From positions 1 to 47,835 of IMG/VR virus record IMGVR_UViG_3300033076_000838: a DNA stretch of 47,835 nucleotides; one strand, written 5' to 3'. Positions 9,166 through 17,780 of this stretch are shown here, piece by piece. The notes under the pieces were generated by a model, which saw nothing but the letters and a program-made list of their open reading frames with translations, had not been told where the DNA came from and searched no databases. The DNA is from a virus. Its lineage: Duplodnaviria > Heunggongvirae > Uroviricota > Caudoviricetes. The first letter of the stretch is position 1. Every line of letters starts with the position of its first letter. A program made the position numbers and the translations under genes.

Positions 9166-11643
9166 ATGCCAGGTTCATTTCCACAATATTCAAACGTTTA
9201 TCCAGAATTAACTAAATTACTAAAAAGTAGAGGTGGTAATAATCGCCCTATGCAAGAAGGTGGAGTTAGTGGATTAAGTGTTTGGTTTCGTTTAATAAGT
9301 TCGGTTACACCACCAAAAGGTAGAACCGGTCTTGTATTACAATCAAATGGTAGTTTAGGTGGTAAATTTGAAACACATTATGGTAATGATTCAAAATCAG
9401 GTGTAGTTGGATATTCGTTTGATGATAAACCATTACAAGTTTCTGGAAGAGGATTAAGACCTTCTCCAATTATAACATCGGTAAGTGTAGATGAAACAGC
9501 CGAAGGTGGTTCTCGTAGTGCAACAATTAAAATAACAGCATTTACATCAGAACAATCGGATATATTAGCTTCATATTTTTTAGAACCCGGTTTCCATTTA
9601 TTATGTGAATGGGGATGGAATACTCAAAAATCGATTGCACAAAAATGTGGTGGAGGTAAACCAATAACACCATGCGCAATTGCAGAATATGATAGTTGGA
9701 AAACTATAAAAAGAAAAAGAGAACAATCTGGTTATACATATGATGCAGTTTTAGGTATCGTAGTTAGTGGTGGAATGACATTTGGGGATAATGAAACATA
9801 TGAATTAGAAATAAAAGTAACAGGTGTTGGTAATGTAGCAGAATATATGCAAACACATAGAGATGCCAATAAAACTGATACTGCAGTAAAAGATTCTAGT
9901 AACACATTTAATTCACAAGAAATAGATGCAGCTGCAAGTTCTAAACAATTGGGGAAAGCTTTATTCATGCAAATGTTTAATGAATTACCTGGTCAAAAAA
10001 GAACTAATTTAGTAAAATCATTAGTAAATGACCCTCGTTGGGCAGATGAGGCTAATTTTGTAAATATGGATAAGGTGGTAAAGGAAACTCTTACCGATGC
10101 AATGTCCGAAGGTTCTGAATTAAAAAGTAAGGATGGAACAAAAGATGCAAAAATTCCAAAAGATATTCCTTTAATTACAACTGATAGATTTATTAGATTT
10201 GAATTAGCAACTGAAATAATAAATTCATATCCTGTAAATTTAAGACCACAAAAAATAGGAGAATGTGGTAAGAATTCAAGAGACCAACGAATTCAAACTA
10301 ATAATACAATATGTTCTGGATTTCCACATATGTTTTCAACGGATAAAACTAAATTGTATATACCAAATGCAACTGCACCAAATTTTAATTTATTAAGTGC
10401 TTTATCTGCAACCAAAGAACTTAATCAGTTTATTGTTTATGATAATTTAAATACTCCAGAAAATTTAGCAAATTTACATCCACTTACTGGTGATAAAAAA
10501 TATGATGAAAAATTATATCCTAACGGAAGTTCAAAAGAATTTCCAGATGGTCCCAATAGACCAGTTCCGTATGCATTTCCTGCTAGATACGATTTAGAAT
10601 TAAAAAGTAAGGTAGATGATTCATTTAAAATTATTAAAGAAAAATCAGGATTTTGGGGTCATTTAAAAAATTTATACATAAATTTTGATTTTTTTGTTGA
10701 ATGTATTTCTAAACCAAACTTTGTGGTTAGAGATGTATATTATGAAATGTTGAATGGTATGTCATCTGCATGTAATTCAATATGGAATTTTCAAATTATA
10801 GAAACAATAAATAAGGAAACTGGTGCTTTAGAAGTATCGGTGGTTGATTTGAATTTTTCAGGACAAGTAGATGTAAAAAATATAACAATATTTCAAGCAA
10901 GAGGAGTTGATTCTCCATTCGTAAGTTGTGATTTTAACGTAGAAACACCTGGTGCTATGATTTCATCACAAGTTCAAAAGAAATTAAATTCGGATATAGA
11001 ACATAGTCCAGAATTAAACCCACGTCCTATGTTGGGTAATGTATTTAGTAATTATGAAGATAAAGTTGGAACTATTTTACAAGGATTAAAATCGTTACAA
11101 AAAGAAACTGAAGCTAAAGAAGACCCTAAAACTGGTAATAATGAGGCTCCACCACAAAAATCTGCAAGTGAATTGGAAGAAGAAGCTAGAGCGTTAAATT
11201 ATGAGTATTACACCAAAACAGGTGCAGTACTACCAAAAGTACAAGATAGAAATGGTAAATTGGATATAACTAAATCTTTCTTTGATTATAGTGGAAATGA
11301 TGGAACAATTGAAGGGTTATTAATGGTTGGTGCATGGAACGATAGTTCTGCGTTAAGACAAGTATTTTTAATAGATAAAGGACTTGTTAAAGGCGTAAAT
11401 AGTCCACAAAAAAAATCTGATAATAATAGGCAAAATCCACCATTTGGATTGGCTTCATTTAATTTTAGAGTACATGGAGTTAGTGGATTCAAAGTTGGAG
11501 ATGAATTTAGAATATCAGGCTTACCAAACAAATTTGGTCAACCAAACTTTTTCCAAGTGGTTAAAGTAGACCATTCAGTAGAGGGTATGAGTTGGTGGAC
11601 TGATGTAAAAGGTGAATTAAGAATAATAGGAAACGAACAATAA
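9166..11643 (+). CDS. Baseplate hub protein (gp27 / P2 gpD-like)
   Basis: Follows the LysM gene; FLEPG..LLCEWGWN near the N-terminus; C-terminal HGVSGFKVGD.F...FQVVKVDHSV..W.T typical of hub proteins. Confidence 0.6.
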   Translation: MPGSFPQYSNVYPELTKLLKSRGGNNRPMQEGGVSGLSVWFRLISSVTPPKGRTGLVLQSNGSLGGKFETHYGNDSKSGVVGYSFDDKPLQVSGRGLRPSPIITSVSVDETAEGGSRSATIKITAFTSEQSDILASYFLEPGFHLLCEWGWNTQKSIAQKCGGGKPITPCAIAEYDSWKTIKRKREQSGYTYDAVLGIVVSGGMTFGDNETYELEIKVTGVGNVAEYMQTHRDANKTDTAVKDSSNTFNSQEIDAAASSKQLGKALFMQMFNELPGQKRTNLVKSLVNDPRWADEANFVNMDKVVKETLTDAMSEGSELKSKDGTKDAKIPKDIPLITTDRFIRFELATEIINSYPVNLRPQKIGECGKNSRDQRIQTNNTICSGFPHMFSTDKTKLYIPNATAPNFNLLSALSATKELNQFIVYDNLNTPENLANLHPLTGDKKYDEKLYPNGSSKEFPDGPNRPVPYAFPARYDLELKSKVDDSFKIIKEKSGFWGHLKNLYINFDFFVECISKPNFVVRDVYYEMLNGMSSACNSIWNFQIIETINKETGALEVSVVDLNFSGQVDVKNITIFQARGVDSPFVSCDFNVETPGAMISSQVQKKLNSDIEHSPELNPRPMLGNVFSNYEDKVGTILQGLKSLQKETEAKEDPKTGNNEAPPQKSASELEEEARALNYEYYTKTGAVLPKVQDRNGKLDITKSFFDYSGNDGTIEGLLMVGAWNDSSALRQVFLIDKGLVKGVNSPQKKSDNNRQNPPFGLASFNFRVHGVSGFKVGDEFRISGLPNKFGQPNFFQVVKVDHSVEGMSWWTDVKGELRIIGNEQ

Positions 11644-12029
11644 TGAGTATATTAGATTCATATAATAAAATAATGAGTAAAAAGGTCGTTCCATACACGT
11701 CAATATCTACTCATATACCTACCCCAACTGAATCGGATTATAATAGGGGATATATTGCTCGTTATTTCACTCAAACAGCAAATGATACAAATTCTGCTAT
11801 TTATGAAATAAATGAAAATACATTTACAAGATTACAAACAAATCCGATGTATGTATCAATTTCGTTAAAGTGGAGATTGACTGGTCCAAAAGAAACTCAA
11901 TATAGAGAAGATGGACAACTATTGGATGTGAACGTTTCAGAATCAAATAGAAGGGCTATTTTATTACATTATGATAGAATGCCAAATTTGAAACTTTATT
12001 TACCAAATCTTTTACAATTTTACAAATAA
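11643..12029 (+). CDS. Hypothetical tail/baseplate-associated protein
   Basis: Translationally coupled (TAATG) to the hub gene; PTESDY.RGYI.RYF motif. Confidence 0.6.
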   Translation: MSILDSYNKIMSKKVVPYTSISTHIPTPTESDYNRGYIARYFTQTANDTNSAIYEINENTFTRLQTNPMYVSISLKWRLTGPKETQYREDGQLLDVNVSESNRRAILLHYDRMPNLKLYLPNLLQFYK

Positions 12030-12060
12030 TATATATTTATATAAAATAAACAAATAAGTT

Positions 12061-12834
12061 ATGGCATACAAACATCTTACACAAGAAGAACTTCAACAAA
12101 TGTCTTTTGATTGGAGATACCGCGGATTTACTGTCTTAGAATTACTTACCGAAGAGGAAGTTGATGAAATCAATGCAGAATTAGACCGTTTACGTTTAGA
12201 ACGAAACGAAGCAGAACCAGGAAAATGGCAAGAATTTGAACCTATTATGTATCCACATAGAGTTTCTGATAAAATTGCTAAATTATTCGCACATCCAAAA
12301 ATTTTAGAAGCAGCAGAATTCTTAATGGAAGGTGATGTAGTTGGTTTACAAACTTGGGGTTATTACAAACCAAAAGGTGAATTAGGTAGAGACCAACACC
12401 AAAATGCATTCTACACTGGTTGTGGACATAATGAAATTATCAATACTGCTCTTGCATTAGATAATCACGACCCTGAAAATGGTGCAGTATGGAACTATGA
12501 AGGTTCACATAGATTACCAGTTTTACCGGTAGAAGATAATGAAGAAAGAAAAGCAACAAATACTGATAATTGGAGAAGTGAAAGAGGAATCAGTTGTGTA
12601 ATGCCAGAAGGACATGATTTTCGTAAAATTGAAGGTTATTTGAAAAAAGGACAAGTTGCACTTTTACACTCACATGTAGTACATGGTTCAGAACCAAATA
12701 GAGACCCAAATAGAATGAGAAGAAATTTCTTAGGTGGGTATTTGAAAAAAGGTGCATATTTTAATCCTGGTAATCAAATGAAGCGTGAAGCAATTGATAT
12801 GTATGAACTTAGAAAACAGCATTGGGGAGAATAA
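12061..12834 (+). CDS. Phytanoyl-CoA dioxygenase (PhyH) family 2OG-Fe(II) oxygenase
   Basis: GF.VL.LL.EEV, HP.IL, KP.G...HQN, ALD....NGA....GSH, HGS.PN...RR motifs. Confidence 0.85.
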   Translation: MAYKHLTQEELQQMSFDWRYRGFTVLELLTEEEVDEINAELDRLRLERNEAEPGKWQEFEPIMYPHRVSDKIAKLFAHPKILEAAEFLMEGDVVGLQTWGYYKPKGELGRDQHQNAFYTGCGHNEIINTALALDNHDPENGAVWNYEGSHRLPVLPVEDNEERKATNTDNWRSERGISCVMPEGHDFRKIEGYLKKGQVALLHSHVVHGSEPNRDPNRMRRNFLGGYLKKGAYFNPGNQMKREAIDMYELRKQHWGE

Positions 12835-13540
12835 ATATGAACACATTTATGTGTTTGGATGTTCACATTCTTTAAATACAAATTCTATTGATAATACTTG
12901 TAAAACGTATTCAGAAAATTTAGCTGATAACTTAAACATACCATATAAAAATATTTATAATTATTCAATAAATGGTAGTTCGAATATTGAAAATTTATAC
13001 TATTTAAATTGTATTAATACTGAATTGAGTTTTTATCATTCTATGAGTGATATTCGTTATAATAAATATGGTGAACATTTACCGACTAAAATACATAATA
13101 ATTCATTAATTATTTTTCAATTAACTTATTGGTATAGGAATGCCTTCCAACACACAATTGATAAAAACAAATTAGATTATAAAATAATTCCAATTTATTA
13201 TGATGGAATAAATTCGGATGATGATATAAATAAGTTTAATGAAATCTATTATAAAAAATTATCAAATGAAATTTTTTTACAAAGAAATATCATATCATCT
13301 ACATATTATACACTAAAAGGTATATCAAATGAACGAAATAATGTTTCATCACTAATAATTTCGTGGGATAAATTAAAAGATGATAATATTCAAAAATATA
13401 TACCATTAAATTTAAGTAATTTAAAACAAAAGTGTATAGATAATAAATGGACTTGTGATTCTGAAATTAAAAATAATGATTTACATTTATCACCCATAGG
13501 AAATGTAAAATTAGCAGAGTATTTATATCAATTTATATAA
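12803..13540 (+). CDS. SGNH/GDSL-hydrolase-like hypothetical protein
   Basis: VFGCSHS (block I-like), GSSN, and C-terminal DLHLS..GN (DxH). Very AT-rich; start uncertain (12785 or 12803). Confidence 0.55.
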   Translation: MNLENSIGENKYEHIYVFGCSHSLNTNSIDNTCKTYSENLADNLNIPYKNIYNYSINGSSNIENLYYLNCINTELSFYHSMSDIRYNKYGEHLPTKIHNNSLIIFQLTYWYRNAFQHTIDKNKLDYKIIPIYYDGINSDDDINKFNEIYYKKLSNEIFLQRNIISSTYYTLKGISNERNNVSSLIISWDKLKDDNIQKYIPLNLSNLKQKCIDNKWTCDSEIKNNDLHLSPIGNVKLAEYLYQFI

Positions 13541-13587
13541 CTAATTGATAATCAATCATTTATAACTCGTTGAAAATCAACGAGTTA
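13538..13587 (+). repeat. Two tandem 25-bp dyads TAACnnnTTGA-N3-TCAAnnn(G/T)TTA (IHF-like half sites); the second may also act as a terminator
   Basis: TAACTAATTGATAATCAATCATTTA followed by TAACTCGTTGAAAATCAACGAGTTA and a T tract. Confidence 0.7.
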
Positions 13588-13626
13588 TTTTTTTGTCAAA
13601 AAAAAGTGAAAATAATTGATAAAATA

Positions 13627-13663
13627 TTTGGAAAAATGAAATATTCTTCGTATGTTAGCTTTG
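13627..13663 (+). promoter_or_regulatory. Bacteroidota-type promoter, early-cluster variant (TTTG-N20-TAtgTTAG-CTTTG)
   Basis: Same architecture at 14164, 14941 and 15671. Confidence 0.75.
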
Positions 13664-13680
13664 TAATAAGAGATAAAGAT

Positions 13681-13908
13681 ATGAAAATTAAAGAATTTTA
13701 TTTAGAGGCCTACCCAACCGATGAATTGGGTTTAGAGATTAATCCAAAAGCTAATTTTACTGATTTATGGGTAATCATTCGTAGTGGTTTGATTTATGAG
13801 TATTTGGGTGTTCATGATAGTTTAGTCAGAGAAAGGGTATTTGAAAAATTCTCCGAAATCACCGGCCACGATTATGATTACATTTACGAACAATGGTTAA
13901 ATAATTAA
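13681..13908 (+). CDS. Small early hypothetical protein
   Basis: ATG 13681 lies downstream of the promoter; the track start at 13570 runs through the promoter and repeat. Confidence 0.7.
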   Translation: MKIKEFYLEAYPTDELGLEINPKANFTDLWVIIRSGLIYEYLGVHDSLVRERVFEKFSEITGHDYDYIYEQWLNN

Positions 13909-13920
13909 AATATAAAAGAT

Positions 13921-14172
13921 ATGAGTTATACAAGATTTAATAGACACGAAAACATGAGTATGGAAACCCTAAGAGAGATTGGGGATATTCTAATGGAAGA
14001 AGGTCGTTGGGAGGCTAGTTTTGATGTGGTAAATATGATATATGGGTTATACGATGGATACCTATATGATGAGTTACTACCAAAGGCTAAAAAAGAGTTA
14101 TCAGAGGGTATATTTAACCGCCTAAAAAATGTGGTAAATATTGTGAAAAAATACCCTAAAATATTTGGATAA
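13921..14172 (+). CDS. Small early hypothetical protein
   Basis: ORF with A-rich leader TAAAATATAAAAGATATG. Confidence 0.7.
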   Translation: MSYTRFNRHENMSMETLREIGDILMEEGRWEASFDVVNMIYGLYDGYLYDELLPKAKKELSEGIFNRLKNVVNIVKKYPKIFG

Positions 14173-14200
14173 TTCAGAAAAAAACCCTATATTAGCTTTG
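14164..14200 (+). promoter_or_regulatory. Bacteroidota-type promoter, early-cluster variant
   Basis: TTTG(14164)-N20-TAtaTTAG-CTTTG. Confidence 0.75.
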
Positions 14201-14232
14201 TAATGAGAGATACACAATTAAACTTTAAAAAT

Positions 14233-14592
14233 ATGAGCTTACCATTTAACCTTAATTCCGTTCTTGCTTCTTCTCAATTGATAGAAGGTTTTGATATTGT
14301 TAAAAATTCTTTCCCGGTTGAGGGACGTTTTACAAAGAGAGTGATTACTTACTCTGATGCAGTTTTCTCCGCATTGAACGAAGTTGCTGAAGATTATGAA
14401 GATTGGCCAGAAGACCAGGGGTTTGGTAGTTCAGATATGACCTATGTTCGTAAATCGTTTATTGATTATATGATTGATATGGCTAATTTACGTGGGTATT
14501 ATGAAACCAAATTTCAACCTTACTTAAAAGTGGTTGAATATTCAGAATTTGAAAAAGAAGAATACGATTTGCGTAGAGAACAAGGATTGTAA
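14233..14592 (+). CDS. Acidic early hypothetical protein
   Basis: ATG 14233 follows an A-rich leader downstream of the promoter. Confidence 0.7.
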   Translation: MSLPFNLNSVLASSQLIEGFDIVKNSFPVEGRFTKRVITYSDAVFSALNEVAEDYEDWPEDQGFGSSDMTYVRKSFIDYMIDMANLRGYYETKFQPYLKVVEYSEFEKEEYDLRREQGL

Positions 14593-14621
14593 TAAAAATT
14601 AAACTTTAAAATATAAAAGAT

Positions 14622-14864
14622 ATGATACATAGAGCAAAGTATGAGAAATTGTTAAAGAATTCAAAAGGTGAATACCGATACCAATTTTGTTGGAAAGGTG
14701 GTGGGTTCAACGATGTTTGGGCTAAGAACTTAAAGGAATTCAAATCAGAGTTAAAACGCCAGTTTGGTAATTCTAATTTAGATGTGGATTACAATACCTT
14801 ACATAAAGCAACCGAAAGTGGTGCTAGGAGTTGGGATAGAGCAGGTAATATGATGTGTTGGTAA
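14622..14864 (+). CDS. Small early hypothetical protein
   Basis: Same leader TAAAATATAAAAGATATG as the 13921 gene. Confidence 0.7.
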   Translation: MIHRAKYEKLLKNSKGEYRYQFCWKGGGFNDVWAKNLKEFKSELKRQFGNSNLDVDYNTLHKATESGARSWDRAGNMMCW

Positions 14865-14874
14865 ATATAATATA

Positions 14875-14899
14875 TAACCTATTGATTTTCAATAGGTTT
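14875..14899 (+). repeat. Single 25-bp dyad of the same family
   Basis: TAACCTATTGA-ttt-TCAATAGGTTT. Confidence 0.65.
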
Positions 14900-14940
14900 A
14901 TTTTTGCCCCTAAAATAGTTGAAAAAAAAGTAGTAAAATA

Positions 14941-14972
14941 TTTGGTAAATTGGAAAAAAAGGTGTAGATTAG
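14941..14972 (+). promoter_or_regulatory. Bacteroidota-type promoter, early-cluster variant
   Basis: TTTG-N20-TAgaTTAG. Confidence 0.7.
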
Positions 14973-15007
14973 CTGTATAAGATTAAGAGATAATAAAACC
15001 TAAAAAT

Positions 15008-15451
15008 ATGAATAACACATTAAGAACTTTCAACAACGTAAACAACATTTTCATCGATTCTCGTCACGAGGAATTGTGGTCTGATAAATTAGAAAGAGAA
15101 CACTGGTCTAATATAAATAAAAGATACCTATTAAGGGTGTATAACCCACTAATGGAAGCGGTAACTTATTTACAACGTCCTAAATGGGGTGATGTGGTTG
15201 AAATGATGTTAGGGTATAAACATAAAGGTTATTATTCTACCGTCTATAAATCTCTTAAAGAAATAGGAGTTATTAAATATTCACCTTTACAAAAATGTAT
15301 CATTCCTGGTCCAAATTGGGTTCGTTTCTATGGTGTTGAAAATTGGGATTGGTTCTATATGAATACATCATCAGGTATGTTATCATATGAAACACAAACT
15401 ACATCAGGTGAATCAGTTCGTAAAGTATATCAATCAAATTATAAAAAATAA
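15008..15451 (+). CDS. Early hypothetical protein (possible winged helix)
   Basis: ORF downstream of the promoter; YKSLKEIGVIKY resembles a winged-helix wing region. Confidence 0.65.
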   Translation: MNNTLRTFNNVNNIFIDSRHEELWSDKLEREHWSNINKRYLLRVYNPLMEAVTYLQRPKWGDVVEMMLGYKHKGYYSTVYKSLKEIGVIKYSPLQKCIIPGPNWVRFYGVENWDWFYMNTSSGMLSYETQTTSGESVRKVYQSNYKK

Positions 15452-15455
15452 AGTT

Positions 15456-15668
15456 ATGATAAAGACAAAGAAAAATACAGGTATTGAAATTGATTTAACC
15501 GGCCCACAAGGTAATGCGTTCTTTTTATTAGGAACTGCCGTTAATTTGGGTAGACAATTGGGGTTGAATACTGAAAAGGTATGTGAGGAAATGAAAGAAA
15601 AAGACTACGAACATTTGGTAGAAACCTTTGATAAATATTTTGGAAATGTCGTAACTTTATACCGATAA
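15456..15668 (+). CDS. Small phage hypothetical protein
   Basis: IDLTGPQGNAFFLLG...DYEHLVETFDKYFG; ATG 15456 preferred over 15387. Confidence 0.75.
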   Translation: MIKTKKNTGIEIDLTGPQGNAFFLLGTAVNLGRQLGLNTEKVCEEMKEKDYEHLVETFDKYFGNVVTLYR

Positions 15669-15670
15669 AA

Positions 15671-15707
15671 TTTGGAATTGTGAAAAATATTTCCTATATT
15701 AGCTTTG
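15671..15707 (+). promoter_or_regulatory. Bacteroidota-type promoter, early-cluster variant
   Basis: TTTG-N20-TAtaTTAG-CTTTG. Confidence 0.75.
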
Positions 15708-15733
15708 TAATAATTGATTAAACTATAAACGAT

Positions 15734-16102
15734 ATGAATTCTTCTAATTTTGAAAACACCACTGGTCAATTCATCGATGTGACAGTTTCACTTGGTGGAA
15801 AAACTAAGACTCGTAATCTTAAAGTATGTAAGGTTAAACCCCGCTCAGTTCTCTTTATTTTGATTGATAAAGTAAATAGGGTAAATACCTTCTTTAAGGT
15901 TAAATATGGTGATATTAAGGAGTTCTTGCCCGCAATCGGATTACTAAGAATAAAAGATGGTGTAATACCTGATAAATGGGAATCTGCTTGGGATTCAATC
16001 AATCCTAATCCTACTAAAATGTCTTCATATGGTAGAATGGCGATGGCATCAAAACCTTTTCGTTCAACAACAAACTCATCTGCTGGGTTTCCAATGGTAT
16101 AA
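15734..16102 (+). CDS. Early hypothetical protein
   Basis: ORF downstream of the promoter, in the packed + strand run. Confidence 0.65.
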   Translation: MNSSNFENTTGQFIDVTVSLGGKTKTRNLKVCKVKPRSVLFILIDKVNRVNTFFKVKYGDIKEFLPAIGLLRIKDGVIPDKWESAWDSINPNPTKMSSYGRMAMASKPFRSTTNSSAGFPMV

Positions 16103-16105
16103 ACT

Positions 16106-16456
16106 ATGACAATCAATTCACTATTACCACCAACATCATTCCAATCAGTAATATCTGGTCAATGGTATATTGTAACAACCGACCCTAAATTAGGTTGGAT
16201 TGAAGTTGATAGAAAATATAGTTGGGAAGAGTTAAAAAAGATATGGCAACCCAAAGAGTTTAAAAATACCGAAGAATCCGTAGTATCACTACCAAAATCT
16301 AGACAAAAACAAACCTTTTCGGTTGAAGGTAGTAAAGGTAAGATATATGAGATATCAAATAGTAATGGAAGATGGAGTTGTTCCTGTCCAGCGTTTGGAT
16401 TCAATAGAGGAAACGAATGTAAACATATTAAACAAATTAGATTAAATAAAAATTAA
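16106..16456 (+). CDS. SWIM zinc-finger protein
   Basis: V.GS.GK.Y...WSCSCPAF.....ECKHI (CxC...CxH). Confidence 0.8.
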   Translation: MTINSLLPPTSFQSVISGQWYIVTTDPKLGWIEVDRKYSWEELKKIWQPKEFKNTEESVVSLPKSRQKQTFSVEGSKGKIYEISNSNGRWSCSCPAFGFNRGNECKHIKQIRLNKN

Positions 16457-16467
16457 AACTTAAAATT

Positions 16468-16710
16468 ATGGCGAGTATTGATATTGATATTGATGATATT
16501 GTATATAGTTTATCATCATACGAAAAACAGGAATTAGTAAATGAACTTTATGATGATGGTTATTGTCCAAAACAAATAGGGGCACATCCTGATGATGAAG
16601 TCCGTAGTGAATGGGATGACCAAATTATTAAACTAATCGGTAATAGTTGGAGATTATCCAAAGAAGATGAAGCAACAATTTTACGAATCACAAATAAAAT
16701 CATACAATAA
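16468..16710 (+). CDS. Acidic hypothetical protein
   Basis: ORF coupled (TAATG) to the next gene. Confidence 0.7.
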   Translation: MASIDIDIDDIVYSLSSYEKQELVNELYDDGYCPKQIGAHPDDEVRSEWDDQIIKLIGNSWRLSKEDEATILRITNKIIQ

Positions 16711-17189
16711 TGGGAGTAGATATTTCGGGTAAAAACCCAATAAATGAAACTGGCGAATATTTTGGTTCAAATTGGTGGGGGTGGAGACCAATCAATACTA
16801 TTTGTCAATTAGCCGCATATGATTCAAAACTTTCAATTGATTTTGAATATTGGGGTTCAAATGATGGTAAGGGGTGTGAAACACAAGAAGAATGTAACGA
16901 ACTTGCTGATGCATTAGAAGAATACTTAGGTAATGAATTGGAGGCTAAGGATGATGACGATAGAGTTTATTTATGTTTAGGTAGTTGGTGTGAAGCAGGA
17001 ACTGGCCGAATGGTAACACATGAGGTTGAAGCTTCGTTAAATGTCCAATACGAATATGGTTCTATTCATTACACTCCAATTGTTTCGGAATCCGGTATGT
17101 TAGTAGAATCATCACATTCAACATCGGTTCATAGAATCAAGCAATTTATTAGTTTCCTAAGAAATTGTGGAGGATTTGAAATATGGTAA
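16710..17189 (+). CDS. Phage hypothetical protein
   Basis: MGVD.SG...YF..NWWGWRP...FLRNCGGFEIW. Confidence 0.75.
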   Translation: MGVDISGKNPINETGEYFGSNWWGWRPINTICQLAAYDSKLSIDFEYWGSNDGKGCETQEECNELADALEEYLGNELEAKDDDDRVYLCLGSWCEAGTGRMVTHEVEASLNVQYEYGSIHYTPIVSESGMLVESSHSTSVHRIKQFISFLRNCGGFEIW

Positions 17190-17371
17190 TTTACATAGAA
17201 CATACAATCGGATATATGTTTCATCAAGCTCAACAAATAAGTGAAGAAGCAGTGATGGAAGTCCAGAGATTAGTAGAATCTGGTACAATCAAAGAAACTA
17301 AAACAGGTTACAAATATTTAGTAGTAGAAGATAAAGAAGATTTAAACGATAAACAAGATGAAACTATTTAA
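17183..17371 (+). CDS. Small hypothetical protein
   Basis: Fills the gap and overlaps both neighbours. Confidence 0.55.
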   Translation: MVIYIEHTIGYMFHQAQQISEEAVMEVQRLVESGTIKETKTGYKYLVVEDKEDLNDKQDETI

Positions 17372-17744
17372 TTCAATTAGACAAAAATTCTTTCCCGAGT
17401 ATGAGATGAACGAGAAAGAACAACTTATTTACGATGTTGTAAAAAACTTATGTGCACAAGAGGATACTGATTTAAAAGTTGCACCTCTTTCTCACAAATA
17501 CTTTATGGTAAATAAAAGATTATTGTATTGGGTTAGATTAGATGAATTCGGTGTAACAATCACCAATCACAAATTTACACTTAGTAATTCATTTACCACT
17601 ACTTATCATCAGATGTTATTAGCAATGGTAGAACAATCGATTGAAAGAAACCGAAATGAATTTGAAGAGGCTGTTTTTCAAAATGAGGTAGACCTATTAC
17701 ATACCATTAAAAATAACATAGAATCTGGTAGTGCACAATTCTAA
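17358..17744 (+). CDS. Hypothetical protein
   Basis: 128 aa ORF ending just before the next promoter. Confidence 0.7.
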   Translation: MKLFNSIRQKFFPEYEMNEKEQLIYDVVKNLCAQEDTDLKVAPLSHKYFMVNKRLLYWVRLDEFGVTITNHKFTLSNSFTTTYHQMLLAMVEQSIERNRNEFEEAVFQNEVDLLHTIKNNIESGSAQF

Positions 17745-17776
17745 TTTGGAAATACCAAATAAATTTCGTATCTTTG
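17745..17776 (+). promoter_or_regulatory. Bacteroidota sigma-A-type promoter (-33 TTTG, -7 TAtcTTTG)
   Basis: TTTG-N20-TATCTTTG; the ATG lies only 4 nt after the -7 box. Confidence 0.85.
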
Positions 17777-17780
17777 TAGA

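Noticed and set aside
1-12029. Bacterial extracellular contractile injection system or tailocin
   Set aside because: The tail genes are contiguous with a full T4-like replisome and early genes, so this is a phage genome.
13538-13587. Possible mini CRISPR array from the 25-bp repeats
   Set aside because: The units abut with no spacers, there are only two copies per locus, and no cas genes are present.
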